Assembly: GCF_963676685.1 (NCBI RefSeq)
Contig: NC_092347.1
Span: 5,332,001-5,396,000 of the forward strand
Direction of reading: 5' to 3'
Source: Mytilus edulis
Taxonomy: Eukaryota
Length of the DNA stretch: 64,000 bases
Made by a program: the position numbers and the translations under genes. The notes under the pieces were generated by a model, which saw nothing but the letters and a program-made list of their open reading frames with translations, had not been told where the DNA came from and searched no databases. Positions 24,346 to 37,583 of this stretch are shown here, in pieces (the stretch's first letter is position 1; the number at the start of each line of letters is the position of its first letter).

Positions 24346-25720
24346 TGTTTACCTCTCATATCCTTTTATTTATAAAGATAAATTTTTCTGACAACCAATA
24401 TTCGACGAGTCTTCTAAAGCTCCGTTTAAACATTGTGCATCAAATATTTAGCCATTTCTAATTAAGCTCACCTCCTATTACTGTTTATCTAAAGGTTTAG
24501 TGTAATAAATGAAGGGATAAGTGGGGTATAAGTCAACGAAACAAAATATGGTTGTCTTTTTATCATTGTTTTAATACAAATATATAATTGCTTTTCATTG
24601 ATTCTTATTGATTTCGGAGTTGAATGACCCGTATCACAGCTTAAGTCATAAATCTAAATTCGTCCACTTGTGTCTATTTCTAGAAATATTCTAAAACTGA
24701 AGTAGAAATTCGTGATGCTCTTGTATCTTTAATTCCAAACAAACTTTGCCATATCTGATATCTTATTCTATTTCTATGTTTTCTTTATGAACCGACCATT
24801 TTGTAATGGTACGTACATTAAATTATAAACATCTTCCGTATGTTCATGTCTAAAAATCAGAAAGCTGGAATTCCGAGGTTGTCGTTTTTTGCTATAATTT
24901 CTCGTATTTGTTTTTTGTTTGTTGTTTTTACATAAATTCGGTCGTTGGTTTTCTCGTTTGAATTGTTTTACATTTTTGCCTTTTGTGTTTTGTATAGCTT
25001 GCTATGTGATGTTGTTGTTGTTAAAGGCTGTACATTGACCTTAAGTTGCTACCCTTCCACGTCATTTAGTCTCTAGTGGAGAGTTGTCTCATTGGCAATC
25101 ATACCTTTTCTTTCTATTTTTAAATTATACGCTAGTCTGGATTAATCTAAAGAGACTGGCAGTTCGTTACTGATTAGCTTTTCATTCTTTAAACAGACAA
25201 AACACGCACTTAGAATTGCGTGACCGTACTTAAAATCATTATGTTAACTTAAGAACAGTTCTATTAATTGAATAATAGATGTTTTTAACAATCCTTTTTG
25301 GAAGCCATGGTTTGTAGATACAAATTCAACGTAACTGCATGTGACGCATGCTAAACTTTTCGATGGTTACTCTCCCAAATTCGGCTTAGTATTAAATCTA
25401 ATTATTTGTTCCGTCGTATTAGATTGTCCAAATTGTAAACGATAACAGTGGAAGTTAAGTGCTTCGGATATGCTTGGGAATTTCAGAGTTATCTAGCAAC
25501 AAGCAAGTTAAAGATTAACATAATTTATTTACGTTTTGATGTTATTTGTTTCATGCTTATAAATAAGTTATAATTCATTTAAGGCATCGAATCGACCTAT
25601 ACGGAAACCGATGTTTAAATATAGTTGCTTCAACAATTAGTGATACAATCCGCAGACACGTGTTAGGGAGAGAACATGTTTTGGGCACTCTAATTATAAG
25701 TTAGTTTCACCAACATATCA

Positions 25721-26003
25721 AACAAGAATGTGTCCATAGTACACAGATGCCCAATTCTCACTATCATTTTCTATGTACAGTAGACCATGAAATTGAGGTC
25801 AAAACTCTTATTTGACATTAAAATTAGAGAGATCATATCATAGGGAAGATGTGTACTAAGTTTCAATTTAATTGGACTTAACTTCTTTAAAAATAATACC
25901 TTGACCAAAAGCTTTAACCTGAAGCGGGACAGACGGACGAAAAACGAACGAACGAACGCAAGGACCAAAATAACGTAATTCCCCTACATGTAGGTGGGTC
26001 ATA
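25721..26003 (+). mobile_element. Second pearl/HINE-like copy
   Basis: Colinear with 14522-14825. Confidence 0.7.
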
Positions 26004-26747
26004 CCTAAGATGTCATGTAAAGTCCACAAATATATAGAGAGTTTAATGTCCTGCATCTTATCAATATTTGTCGGAGTTATTGTTTTCCCCTCTAGTGCTG
26101 ACTTTTTTTAATTGTTCTTAGACTGTATATTAGAATGGTTAAAGTTAAATAGGCAGCGGGTTTGTCCACTTATAAAAAAAATCAAATTTCCGTGCAATAA
26201 TTGTTTTGCATAAAAGAAGGAAGGAAACGAAATTAAGTTGCTATCTTGTTAGTTGATTTTTCAAATTCCAAACCAAATTGATTCAATTATATTTTCTATA
26301 GAACAATTTTGAAATTATCAGATCTTTGATTAAGAATTGATGTGTACTTTTGACTGTCCTTTAGGGAAAACATATATTATATGATTGCCAATGAGATGAC
26401 TATGACTTAATGGCGTAGAAAGCAAGCGACTAAACGTTATCATACGGCCTTCAACAATGACCACAGCACATGCCATATTGTTAAAGCTAGAAATGAACCA
26501 TACAAAACAAAGTGTTAAATCAATTTCAAGATAAGAACAATTATGATGGACAATCACAAACAACCTTCGAATTGCAGCCCCACGACTTTGAACAAAACAA
26601 ATAGTATGTGTTGGGGTTAAACATGTCTGCGACTCCTCAACTTCGGTTTATTTATGACACGGTTCTATTAGACTAGATTGAAACAGGGGGTCATACACAT
26701 GTACCTTCATCATAGTCAACTTTGAAGTATTTTCACAATCTTCCTAG

Positions 26748-27127
26748 AAAAAAGTAAAATCACAAAAATACTGAACTCAGAGGAAAATCAATTCGGAAAG
26801 TCCGTAATCACATGGCAAAATCAAATAACAAAACGCATCAAAAACGAATGGACAAGAACTGTCATATTCCTGACTTGGTACAGGCATTTTCAAATATAGA
26901 AAATGGTGGATTGAACCTGGTTTTATAGCTAGCTAAACCTCTCACTTGTATGACAGTCGTATCACATTCCATTATCTTGTCACCGATGCGTGAACAAAAC
27001 AAACAGACACAATAGTTAAAAATGTCAAAAATAGGGGTACAGCAGTCAACATTGTGTTATCATCTTAATCACAATAAAAACAACAAATGTAACGAAGAAG
27101 CACAAAAAGGCATACATCAAATTAACA
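26748..27127 (+). mobile_element. Dispersed ~375-bp repeat (family B)
   Basis: AAAAAGTAAAATCACAAAAATACTGAACTC...GGCATACATCAAATT; inverted copy at 6650-7024. Confidence 0.8.
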
Positions 27128-28564
27128 GAAATTTATTCTTAATTTTGAATGCAACTCTACATGGCGCTGTCGTTCGCATGCCCGTCGTTTATTTATCGTT
27201 GTCCCCCGTTGTTTGCTTGGGTTTTGGTCTCTTATAAAAAAATATCCAGTCAAAGGAAATTAAATATCTGAGGTCTTCTTAAACAGAAACATGTTGAAAA
27301 ATGGAAAATTATACTTGATTTAACCTGATACCAAGTGTTTCCTATCATACTTTAAGTTGTTATTGTGTTTCTCCTTTTTGCGTGATCGATTGATTATTGA
27401 GAAAAGTAACTATCTATGGTAAATATACATATAATGAATGCAAAGATCATTGTGTTTTAAATCATGTAGGTTTCGTTATTCTAGAAGATCCAAGATTAAA
27501 AGGTATTTGAATAGACTTATAAATTTGATATAGTTAGAAAAACAAAATCCCTGAAAAGTGCCGAATATAGGTTGCGTGTGGCTGATAACGTCATCAAGAT
27601 TATTCTATACATCAAAATAATGAGGGGGAGGTTCTGATTCAAATGTTACTACTTGGCTTGTTTATAGTTTTTTTTTATCTAAATTTATTTTTCTACAGAA
27701 AAGTTATCTAAAACAAGCAGAAAGATCTGAATGGACATTGACACGATAAGTGTTCTGTTCTCGTGCTTTCAGTCATTCCATTACTTGCTGTTTTATCATA
27801 ATTCACTTTCAATAACGTCATTTTTGTCCGGATATGAATTCCTACACAAAAATCAAGTTAGCATGAAAAAGTATAACTATACCGTTGGCATTCGAATTCC
27901 TCACCAGGAAAGTTCATTAATTAAGGCTTTATGTAATTGCATATCAAACCTAGTTGCATCAAGCCATTAGCCACGGGTAATATAACGCTAATGCATTTTA
28001 GTTTAACAATTAAAAAATGGCAGATTCTTGTCTTTTTCATGTATTGAAACAAGACCAGGATGTAGGCTAATTATCTCAAACGAAATGATTTTCAAGTGAT
28101 GTTAAGTTTCCTATAGGAATGACATAACATGTGTTTTCGTCCCTTTCATAGTTTGTCTTCATTATCTACCTGCATGCGTTGGTAAGGTATTCAAGTTAAA
28201 AAATGAACACGTGTTATTGGTAAAATGATTGTTACTTGTTTCACTCAAATGCACAAATTTCTTTATATCTACGGATTTCTTTGCATTTGAAAGTCAATGA
28301 TCTGTTGTCAGACTGATGTTTTCAAACGAGCTTGACCTCTCTTAAACTAAATTCCGAAATAAAAATATTATTCGAAGTCTGTAAAAGTGAAAAACTCCCC
28401 ACTCATGCTGGGTTGTGGATACATGCATGCTTATATTTTTGAATATATTGGTCTTAGGTATATTGACTTTCTTTTTAATATCCGTTTTCTTAAGTTTTAT
28501 TAACTTGTTTAAGTGTTATATTGTTTTGGGGTTAATGTTCTACAAACTCATTTAAATTTGAATG

Positions 28565-29030
28565 CATAAGTTCTGAATTGCTGTCAGTTGTTTGTATTAG
28601 CCTTAAAGTTCAGAGCTGCCCCAAAATGTTTAGATTTTTCAGTTGTTTTATTGAATCTATGAATTCTGATTTGATATCATTCATGTATTTTAGCCGTGTT
28701 TCAGTTCTGAATTTCCGTCAGTTATTTAAATTTGTATTAGCGCTATAAGTTATGAATTGCGCTGATTTGCCGTCATTTGTTTTTGTATAGACATATTTAA
28801 GTTCTAATGGCGTCAGTTATCTGTTTTAGCCCTATAAGTTCTGAATTGCCACCAGTTATTTGTGTTAGTCTATTAAGTTTTGAATTAACGTTGTTTGTAT
28901 AAAACTTGTAGGTGCCGTCAGTCATTTGTGTTATCCCTACCACTTCTATTAGCCCTGTCATTTCAGAATTGACGTTAGTTATTTGTACCATCCTAATACG
29001 TTCAAAGTTGCCGTCAGTTATCTAAATTAG
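28565..29030. repeat. Degenerate minisatellite, ~36-40-bp unit
   Basis: Recurring GTCAGTTATTTGT.TTAGCCCTATAAGTTCTGAATTGCC. Confidence 0.7.
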
Positions 29031-30049
29031 TCCCTTTATTTTACATTCTTCCAACTTTGATATAATTTCTACGGATTTGGTTTAATTTTTCATGTGTTTG
29101 CACTGGTGTAAGCTCTGAGCTTAATATATTCTGCTAAACAAATACAAGCATGTATTGTTTATGTTTTAGATAAAATGAGAAGTAGATTCTGGATACTACT
29201 TTATTTATGTAGTTTCCCAGTATAGCACGTGTAGGACTTTTTTCATCCAGAGTCTGTGATTACAACAAATGATTATAAATGTGATCTTATTAGCTATAGT
29301 ATAGCATTAACTTTTTATAACTCCAGTATCATCTGACATTTCAACATATATCACTCTAGAAAATCGTAACATCAGTATAGATTTATAGTCCAAATTTCAC
29401 TGGATTAAAAGAAATAAAATATAATAGAGGAATTTAATGATCAAATAAAGATTCAAACCCGTCTTTGTTGTCCATTTTATTGCCTGTTCATTTAATATTC
29501 GATATAAAATTCAATAAAGAAAACTTCCTTACATCAACATTGAACGTTGACATTTTCTGTGGTTCACAATATTAAATATACTTTACATGTCATGCACTTC
29601 CTGATTAGAGAGATACCGATATTCAACTCAAATCTGGAACTTTATCATCACCATTGATCAATACATAAAATTCAAAAAATTGCCTTACTATACTTAGTCT
29701 ATTAAAAGCTTTAAGTTTATAACGTAACTTTTTAATCTATTTTACAAAATTTCGACATCAATCTTATGAAACCAAACAACCAATCGACAGTGTCTAATGA
29801 AACCAAACAACCAATCGACAGTGTACACATAGACTAAATTCATGATGTTCTTCATTGGTTTATGAAAGTATAAGAAAAGGTCAAAATTGATATACCACGT
29901 GACCATAAAGCAAAGCCTATTACGCAACTATAAAAGAAAAAATCGGAAGTAGAATATGTACACGGCCTTACTTGAACACTGAAATATTATGTACTAACAC
30001 GTGTATTGTATGCACAAACAGTTTTGTCAATACTGTTTGCATGTGCGAA

Positions 30050-31345
30050 AGTAGCGTTTGAGGTCATACCTGTTGGTACGAAAGTCTCATGAAAAAATCG
30101 TGTGAGGTCATTCCTGTTGGTACGACAGTCTCGTGAAAATAACGTGTGAGGTCATTACTGTTGGTACGAAAGTCTCACATGAAACTAGCGTGTGAGGTGA
30201 TTTCTGTTGGTATGAAAGTGTAACAAGAAACTAGCTTGTGAGGTAATTATTGTTGGTATGAAAGTCTCACAGGAAACTAGAGTGTGAAGTCATTACTATT
30301 GGTACGAAAGTTCACAAAAAACTGACGTGTGAGGTCATTACTGTTGGTACGAAAGTCAAACAGGAAACTAGCGTGTGAGGTGATTACTGTTGGTATGAAA
30401 GTCTCACATGTAAGTAGCGTGTTGGGTTACTACTGTTGGTAGTAAAGTCTCACAGGAAACTAGCGTGCAAGGTCATTACTATTGGTACGAATGTTCACAG
30501 GTAACTAGCGTGAGAGTCAGACGTAGTTACTGTTGTACGAAAGTCTCACAGGAAACTTGCGCGTGAGGTGATTACTGGTGGTACGAAAGTCTCATAGGAA
30601 TTTAGCGTGTGGCGTGATTACTGTTGGTATGAAAGTCTCACATGAATTAAGCGTGTGAGGTGATTACTGTTGGTACGAAAGTCTCATAGAAATTAAGCGT
30701 GTTAAGTCATTTCTATTGGTTCGAAAGTCTCACAGGAAACTGACGTGTGAGGTCATTACTATTGGTTCGAAAGTCAAACAGGAAACTAGCGTGCGAGGTG
30801 ATTACTGTTGGTATGAAAGTCTCACATGAAACTTGTGTGTGAGGTGATTACTGTACATGTATGTAGCGTGTTGGGTTACTACTGTTGGTACTAAAGTCTC
30901 ATGGGAAATTAGCATGCGAGGTCATTACTATTGGTACGAAGGTTGACAGGAAACTAGCGTGAGAGTCAGGTGTGACTTTTGTTGGAACGAAAGTCTCACA
31001 AAAAAAATGGCGCCTGAGGTGTTTACTGTTGGTACGAAAGTCTCACATGCAAGAATTAGGCGTGTGAGGTGATTACTGTTGGTACGAAAGTCACATAGGA
31101 ATTAAGCGTGTGAGGTCATTTCTATTGGTTCGAACGTCTCACAGGAAACTGACGTGTGAGGTCATTTCTGTTGGTACGAAAGTCAAACAGGAAACTTGTG
31201 TGTGAGGTGATAACTGTTGTAACAAGTGTCTCACAGGAATTTATCGTGTGAGGTAATTATTGTTGGTATGACAGTCTCCACTGGAATATAAAGTAGCGTG
31301 AGACGTGATTTCTGTTGGTACGAAAGTCTCACAGGAAATGAGCGT
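30050..31345. repeat. ~46-bp minisatellite (about 28 diverged copies)
   Basis: GTGTGAGGTGATTACTGTTGGTACGAAAGTCTCACAGGAAACTAGC. Confidence 0.95.
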
Positions 31346-31793
31346 TGGTATGAGTCTTAAAAAATAAAGTGTTCATGTACTCTAACAGATACTGAGTTCT
31401 GTTAAACTATTTTGTTCATTTTTTCTATGTTTACTAGTTACAGATGTCTTCTTGTGAAGTTGATACGTAGTATAGTTACTTCATTATTTTTTGTCAGCAA
31501 TTTTAACTGCATTACTTTGATTATGTGCGTAGAAGTTTCTTAAGTGGCCTTTAAATAACCTTTTAGACATCTTTATATAATTATAGAGTATATAAGAAAA
31601 GAAAATGTTCCCGTTATACTACAGGTCAATACGAATACACAAATGTATGTTTCTAAGAAAACAATGCATCATTGTTTATAGTATAGACGATTTATTAACA
31701 CTTCTGAATTCTCTGTGTCAATAATGATTACCGTGATGAACCGCTGTAATGTCAGAGATCATGTTCGTTATTGTATTAACAGGGTGATATTAT

Positions 31794-32177
31794 CCCACTG
31801 ATTTATAACAATCTACCATTACTTAGTAGGTATAGATGTCCTGATGTTTCTCCGCATCATTGGTTCACGTCCCACTGATTTATAACAATCTACCATTACT
31901 TAGTAGGTATAGATGTCCTGATGTTTCTCTGCACCATTGGTTCACGTCCCACTGATTTCTAACAATCTACCATTACTTACTAGGTATAGATGTCCTGATT
32001 TTTCTCCGCATCATTGGTTCACGTCCCACTGATTTATAACAATCTACCATTATTAGTAGGTATAGATGTCCTGATGTTTCTCCGCATCATTGGTTCTCGT
32101 CCCACTGATTTATAACAATCTACCATTACTTACTAGGTATAGATGTCCTGATGTGTCTCCGCATCATTGGTTCACGT
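31794..32177. repeat. 77-bp tandem repeat (5 copies)
   Basis: Units start at 31794, 31871, 31948, 32025 and 32101. Confidence 0.97.
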
Positions 32178-33616
32178 GCTGGCTTATCCTTAATGAACCT
32201 AGGAGTTTTCTGATCAGGTTGTTTCGTGGAATTGTGTACTGAAAATGCCAACCCTAGAAAACTGAGTTACGTTGATTGTAATGCGGTCAAAGCCCGTTGT
32301 GCTAAACTAATTGAATTATAAATTATATGTATATACTTGTCTTTGTATATTATATTTTCCCATTTTATCTTGTTATTGATATATCCTGGTTTATTTTTTT
32401 CTTTCTCATGTTTGTTGTTTTTTAAGTTATTGTGTCTTTTTGTATTTCTAATCAAATTACTTCCGACTTAACAGGTATATATATAGGATTGTTTACCAGT
32501 ATTCGTAACTCCTTTTTTTTAACAGTTTGATTATTGTAAACAATCTGTGAGGTCACAAAATACCTTTTGGATAGAACAGGTTTTCTAGTTCGTGAGTAAA
32601 TTATTAAGACTGCTATATTTATGAATGAAATCTGATAGGTACGTTATCATTTTAGTTCATGCATCATTTTTTTCATTTGGTAACATTGATTTTGATGTGA
32701 CGTGTTTTACGTATTTATAAAAGTATATTTTCACACATTTTAACTTTCTTTTCGTTGTCAGCTTGTAGTAATCGGTAAAAAAAACCTTTATGATGGAAAA
32801 TGATGTTCATTAACGATTTACAATGTAAAACATAAATAAACCTCCCTGAACGATAATCAAAAACAGTTGTACTTTCAACAACAAGAAAACTGAAGCATCT
32901 ATATCATTAACGTCAGTTCTGTAACGTGAAGCATCGTTGGAAATGACCGACTGGAGTATTAGGTGTTAAGACTTCTAACACTCTGCTCTCTATAGACATT
33001 TATAATGAACAGTTTCAACTTCTGTCTCTAGTACGGTGCAATATGAACATCAACTTGAAATTGAAACAGACGAAAATTTGCTCTGATTGTTTTGATAAAG
33101 TGGGCTTTCTTATTGATTATAGGAATGGCTGATCCGATGGAATCTGTAAACTCGAGGATAATTTTCCATTGAGACATAATAACAATGATCCTATCATCAT
33201 TATAATTAATTTGTATCCAACATAAAACAGCTCGATACAAATTTGTTAAATAATACTTAATTTATATTCAATTTCTCTCCACTGACAGTGTTCTTTATAA
33301 TTTCGTGTCAACATGGCATTTCTTTCATGTTTAATTTAATATGATTGTTAACTTCTCAATTGATTATTCCCGCATACAGAAATATGTAGTTTTTGGTTTA
33401 AAATCGTATCTGATAAAAACTATTCTAGAAACACGAATGTCAAATATGTTTTGCTTGTATTATTATTATCATTATTATCACAAGTTACAAAGACGGGATG
33501 AAAGGCAACCATTTGATTCCGTTAACTTGCTGATAGACTGTCACCAAGTAACACATCAACTTAGTTATCAGTATAGGCATGATTAAAACGATACACTTAT
33601 ACACAGACAAGAGCTA

Positions 33617-33975
33617 TGTTTGAGGTTCCAGTCAAAAGCCTGTTGCAAAAAAAAACCAAATTACTGGATTTGTTTTGTGGATTTGAGCTCGATCTGAAGA
33701 AAACCTTAGACAGTCTTGGGTTTACAAATATAATACATCCTGGACTGTTTATATCCGTGATAAAATCAAATTGAATGCTTCTGAACGTCACCCGGTTGTT
33801 TGAGGTTCCAGTCAAAAGCCCGTTGCAAAAAAAAACCCATATTACTGGATTTTTTTGTGGATTTGAGCTCGATCTGAAGAAAACCTTAGACAGTCTTGGG
33901 TTTACAAATATAATACATACTGGACAGTTTATATCCGTGATAAAAATCAAATTGAATGCTTCTGGACGTCACCCG
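33617..33975. repeat. 180-bp tandem duplication (2 copies)
   Basis: TGTTTGAGGTTCCAGTCAAAAGCC at 33617 and 33797. Confidence 0.95.
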
Positions 33976-36900
33976 CTTGGCTGTGCTGGATATAGAAGTA
34001 CACAGCCATGTCTAATCAACATGCTTTGTGCAGGGAGAGTGCCACGCTATTCTGTACATTAAAGAAATCTAAACTAGCTTGAAGCAAATATTTCAAGGTT
34101 CTAATGCGCCTGTTGCAAGTGGAATTTTTGTTCCAATCTTGCATGTTCTTCGTTCCCAATTCAAGTTTTAATGCTTGTCCTTCATCCTGGTTCACATAGT
34201 CTGCCAAACTTATTTAATGAACTATTGTTAATTTGGTTGTACTGAATATGCATGGAATATCTGTCACCGGACGTTAACCAGATTCATTCGAGCTAATCAA
34301 TCATTGAAAACTGTATTGAATTAAATTTTACATTTGTAAACGCAGAAAACTTTTGTACGGTTGGTTAGTGCCCTTGAACCACCCACTCCCAAACATTGAG
34401 CGGTCATTGAACCACGTTGATGTATGACTGGCAAGTTTTATAATCGTTTCCCTCTAAGGGCCACTGTGACTAATTGACTGCCATTTTTTGTGCACTAAAA
34501 GTTCCAAAACTGTCAACTGTCAAAGATCTTTACGTAAAATGTATGCCTCTTCGGTCCAATTAGAAAACGAAAAACCCTTCCTAATCCATTTCGTGAGATG
34601 AGATGTTAGAATAGTATCAGTTAAATAACTTAGGACTAATTACAGGGGTTTCCTTTTTAAGATATAACTGTCTTGAATTTCTTGATTTCCATTCAATTTA
34701 TAATATTCCCTAATGAATCTTTCAAAGAACTTGCAATTTTCTTTTACTACTAAGTGGTTGTTCCTTTTATTGCTTGTATCAAAGGTATAAATGCATTTTA
34801 ATTACCATTTTAAAATCAGTCGTTCCTTTTAAAATTTATATGGTTGCTATAAAATTCAGCAAAAAAATCTACCTCAATAAAATAATGCAATGTCACACCA
34901 ACATCAAGTCACATCATTTAAATTTGGGTAAATGCCTTTCATTGGAAATTAAGAATAATGTTCGTGTAATCTATAGTTTTCGCTCATTGATCTAGAGATA
35001 TTCAGTTTCTCAAACAATTATTTCTTTTGACTTTATCGTCCAGAACCGATCAGATATCAAACAGCCAATTTCTTGGTAGATCTAAAAAGGAAAAAACTGT
35101 TCGATGTTCGTTGAACTGACTGATTACGTTTTATAGCTGTCCTATATATTCTGTTACTTTTTCATGTTATATTTTTCATTACCTTAACGATATCTCATTT
35201 TTTAGTTTAATGATTTTGTAGATAGAATTTGGAAGCACTTTTAACTATCTTTTGTTTCTGATGAATATGACATTAATTGTAGGATGCAAACTTCTTGTAC
35301 TTGAAGATCACAAACCCGATCGGATCAAAGAAAAACACTAGACGATCTATTTTTGCTGTTTTTATGCGGTCTTCAGGAACAAGAACGCAGACGAGTAAGA
35401 TAATACAGTGGTCGACTGTGTTAAATATTTGTTGATGATATCGTGTTAACCCTTGGCTTGGACTGTTATACAATGTAAATCATAACTTATAAACATTCAG
35501 ATTCAGCGCTTTTCCATATCACGTAAACTCCCCTTGTCGTTAACGTGCATGACTGAGCTATTGCCTGCTGCACATGCTTCATACGTTTAATATGCTGTAT
35601 CATTTAGGATATGCTTTATCACTTCGTTCATTCAAACTTGATTCAAAGTACAACAGACAATGTAAAACAACAAATTTCATTTTACGATTATATTAGAAAT
35701 TATTAATTGGTTTACTTTCAACTAATACGATAAATAAAAATATTGTTTATCAAAAACAAATATGAAACATTCGTGTAAACAAATTGTTTACCTTTTTACA
35801 GTGGTCATGTAAGATGTAACTTTTACCTTGACCTCTGTATAATGCAATGTGGTGAGAAAAATAACCTAATAGTTCTTGTACTGTGCATCAATGTCTAAGG
35901 GGCATTTTGTCTTGATATGATTAATTATAACCGGTAGTCGTTATAATAAAAAGGATTTTTCATTTTTACACTTGAGAGAAATGTGTTCCTTCCTTTTCAT
36001 CTGGAATATGAATTTGACATATATATAAGATTGCGTTTCACTAGATTTGGTGTATATGTTGTTGCCAGTTGTTGGTGTATTTACAATTATTAAAACCTTA
36101 CGGAGTCTTAAAATCAGAAATTTACAAAGGTGTCTTGAAATGCACTGATTTCAGGGGTTAAAGTGACTGATAATGTCTCAAGTTTCATTCGTAGTAATTT
36201 TTTATAATATCTGAAAATGAATATTACGTTCTCTTTGTGTGAAAATTGATAGATTGCAGTGCAGTAGTATACAATTGAGATACAGTATTGGAAGAAAACA
36301 TAAGACTGTGATGTCAGGTTTTTTTTAACCAGTTTATATTGAATTGAAGAATCTATAAAAGTATAGGTTTTATTCTACTATCTGCAAGTATATCTAACAG
36401 ATCAGTTGTGAAGAAAATACGTAGTAATGATTTTATTTCCATTGATCAAAGTCATAAAACTAAGTCATATTTATAATTTATGTATAACTAAAGAATGAGT
36501 ATGCATGAATAACTTCTTACCTACACTTAATAAACTGTGCTTATTATTTATTTATTAAAACCTATAATTGGAGATCCTTGGTTTTATCTACCGAGCGATA
36601 TCGTAATAACAGTGTCACTTGGTGTTAAAATAGTGTAGTTATTTCACCAGGAAGCTTAAAGACAGTTGCTTCTTTTTTAATTTCCTCTCAAAGTGTTGTA
36701 TGTCTTCCTGGATAAGACTTTATTTATTACATTTATGGTTATATTAGTAAAAGATAATAGGGACATTGCAATGACTTAACATGGTGTCCGTGTTCTCATT
36801 ATATTATATTAGGAATAATTTGGAATATTGGAAGTTTCAGGTAAGGCAATATATATCAATCATATTTGTCGACAATTGGTCATTGGGAATTGGAACGAGA

Positions 36901-37583
36901 AAGTGGGTAGTATTTTGACAAGTGACTCACGATATGATAGAATATGGAGCAGAAAATAGATTAGAATCTATAAACGTGAAGAATGATTTGTTTCAATCGA
37001 TCTACTTCTTCGGGCTTTTTTTTTAACAACAATTTCTTTTTATACTACCTAGTTGTTGCTAACTGTCTTATCATGCTTATATAGTACAACCATCCTACAC
37101 ATGTTCATCTCTTTGATATTATAGGGAACGTTAGAATATACGAAGGGGTAAAAAAATAGAAGTGGCACTCCTCAGGTTGCTTGTGGCATGTAAAAGTTAA
37201 TAAATATATACGTCAACAAAATTTCTACATCAGCTGCGAATTTCGAAAATAATCTCTATAATAACCCGATATGACTCGGGTTATCCTATTCAATAGCTTC
37301 AATGCTGCTCGAGGTCGAAATGTTGGAAACCCAAAACCTAAAACAAACGTTTAAAGGCAGATATAGCCAAAAATAAAAGACCAACATATAGCAAAACCCT
37401 AACAAGAAATTAGAACTACTAGTAAACATATGAGAGATACTTTCATTAGTTTGAAACGATTTCCTAAGAAATTATGACTACGATAGCTAGCGCATATCCT
37501 TGACGTATCTGTAACGCAACAATGTCCTGTAGAGTATGCAACAGACTTTAGACAATATGTGTTGAGAGGGTAACATACGTTAA

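Noticed and set aside
30050-31345. CRISPR-like appearance of regular repeats
   Set aside because: No unique spacers, no cas genes, eukaryotic context; these are minisatellites
33597-34062. Overlapping 117-aa and 95-aa ORFs
   Set aside because: Generated by the 180-bp duplication; no motif
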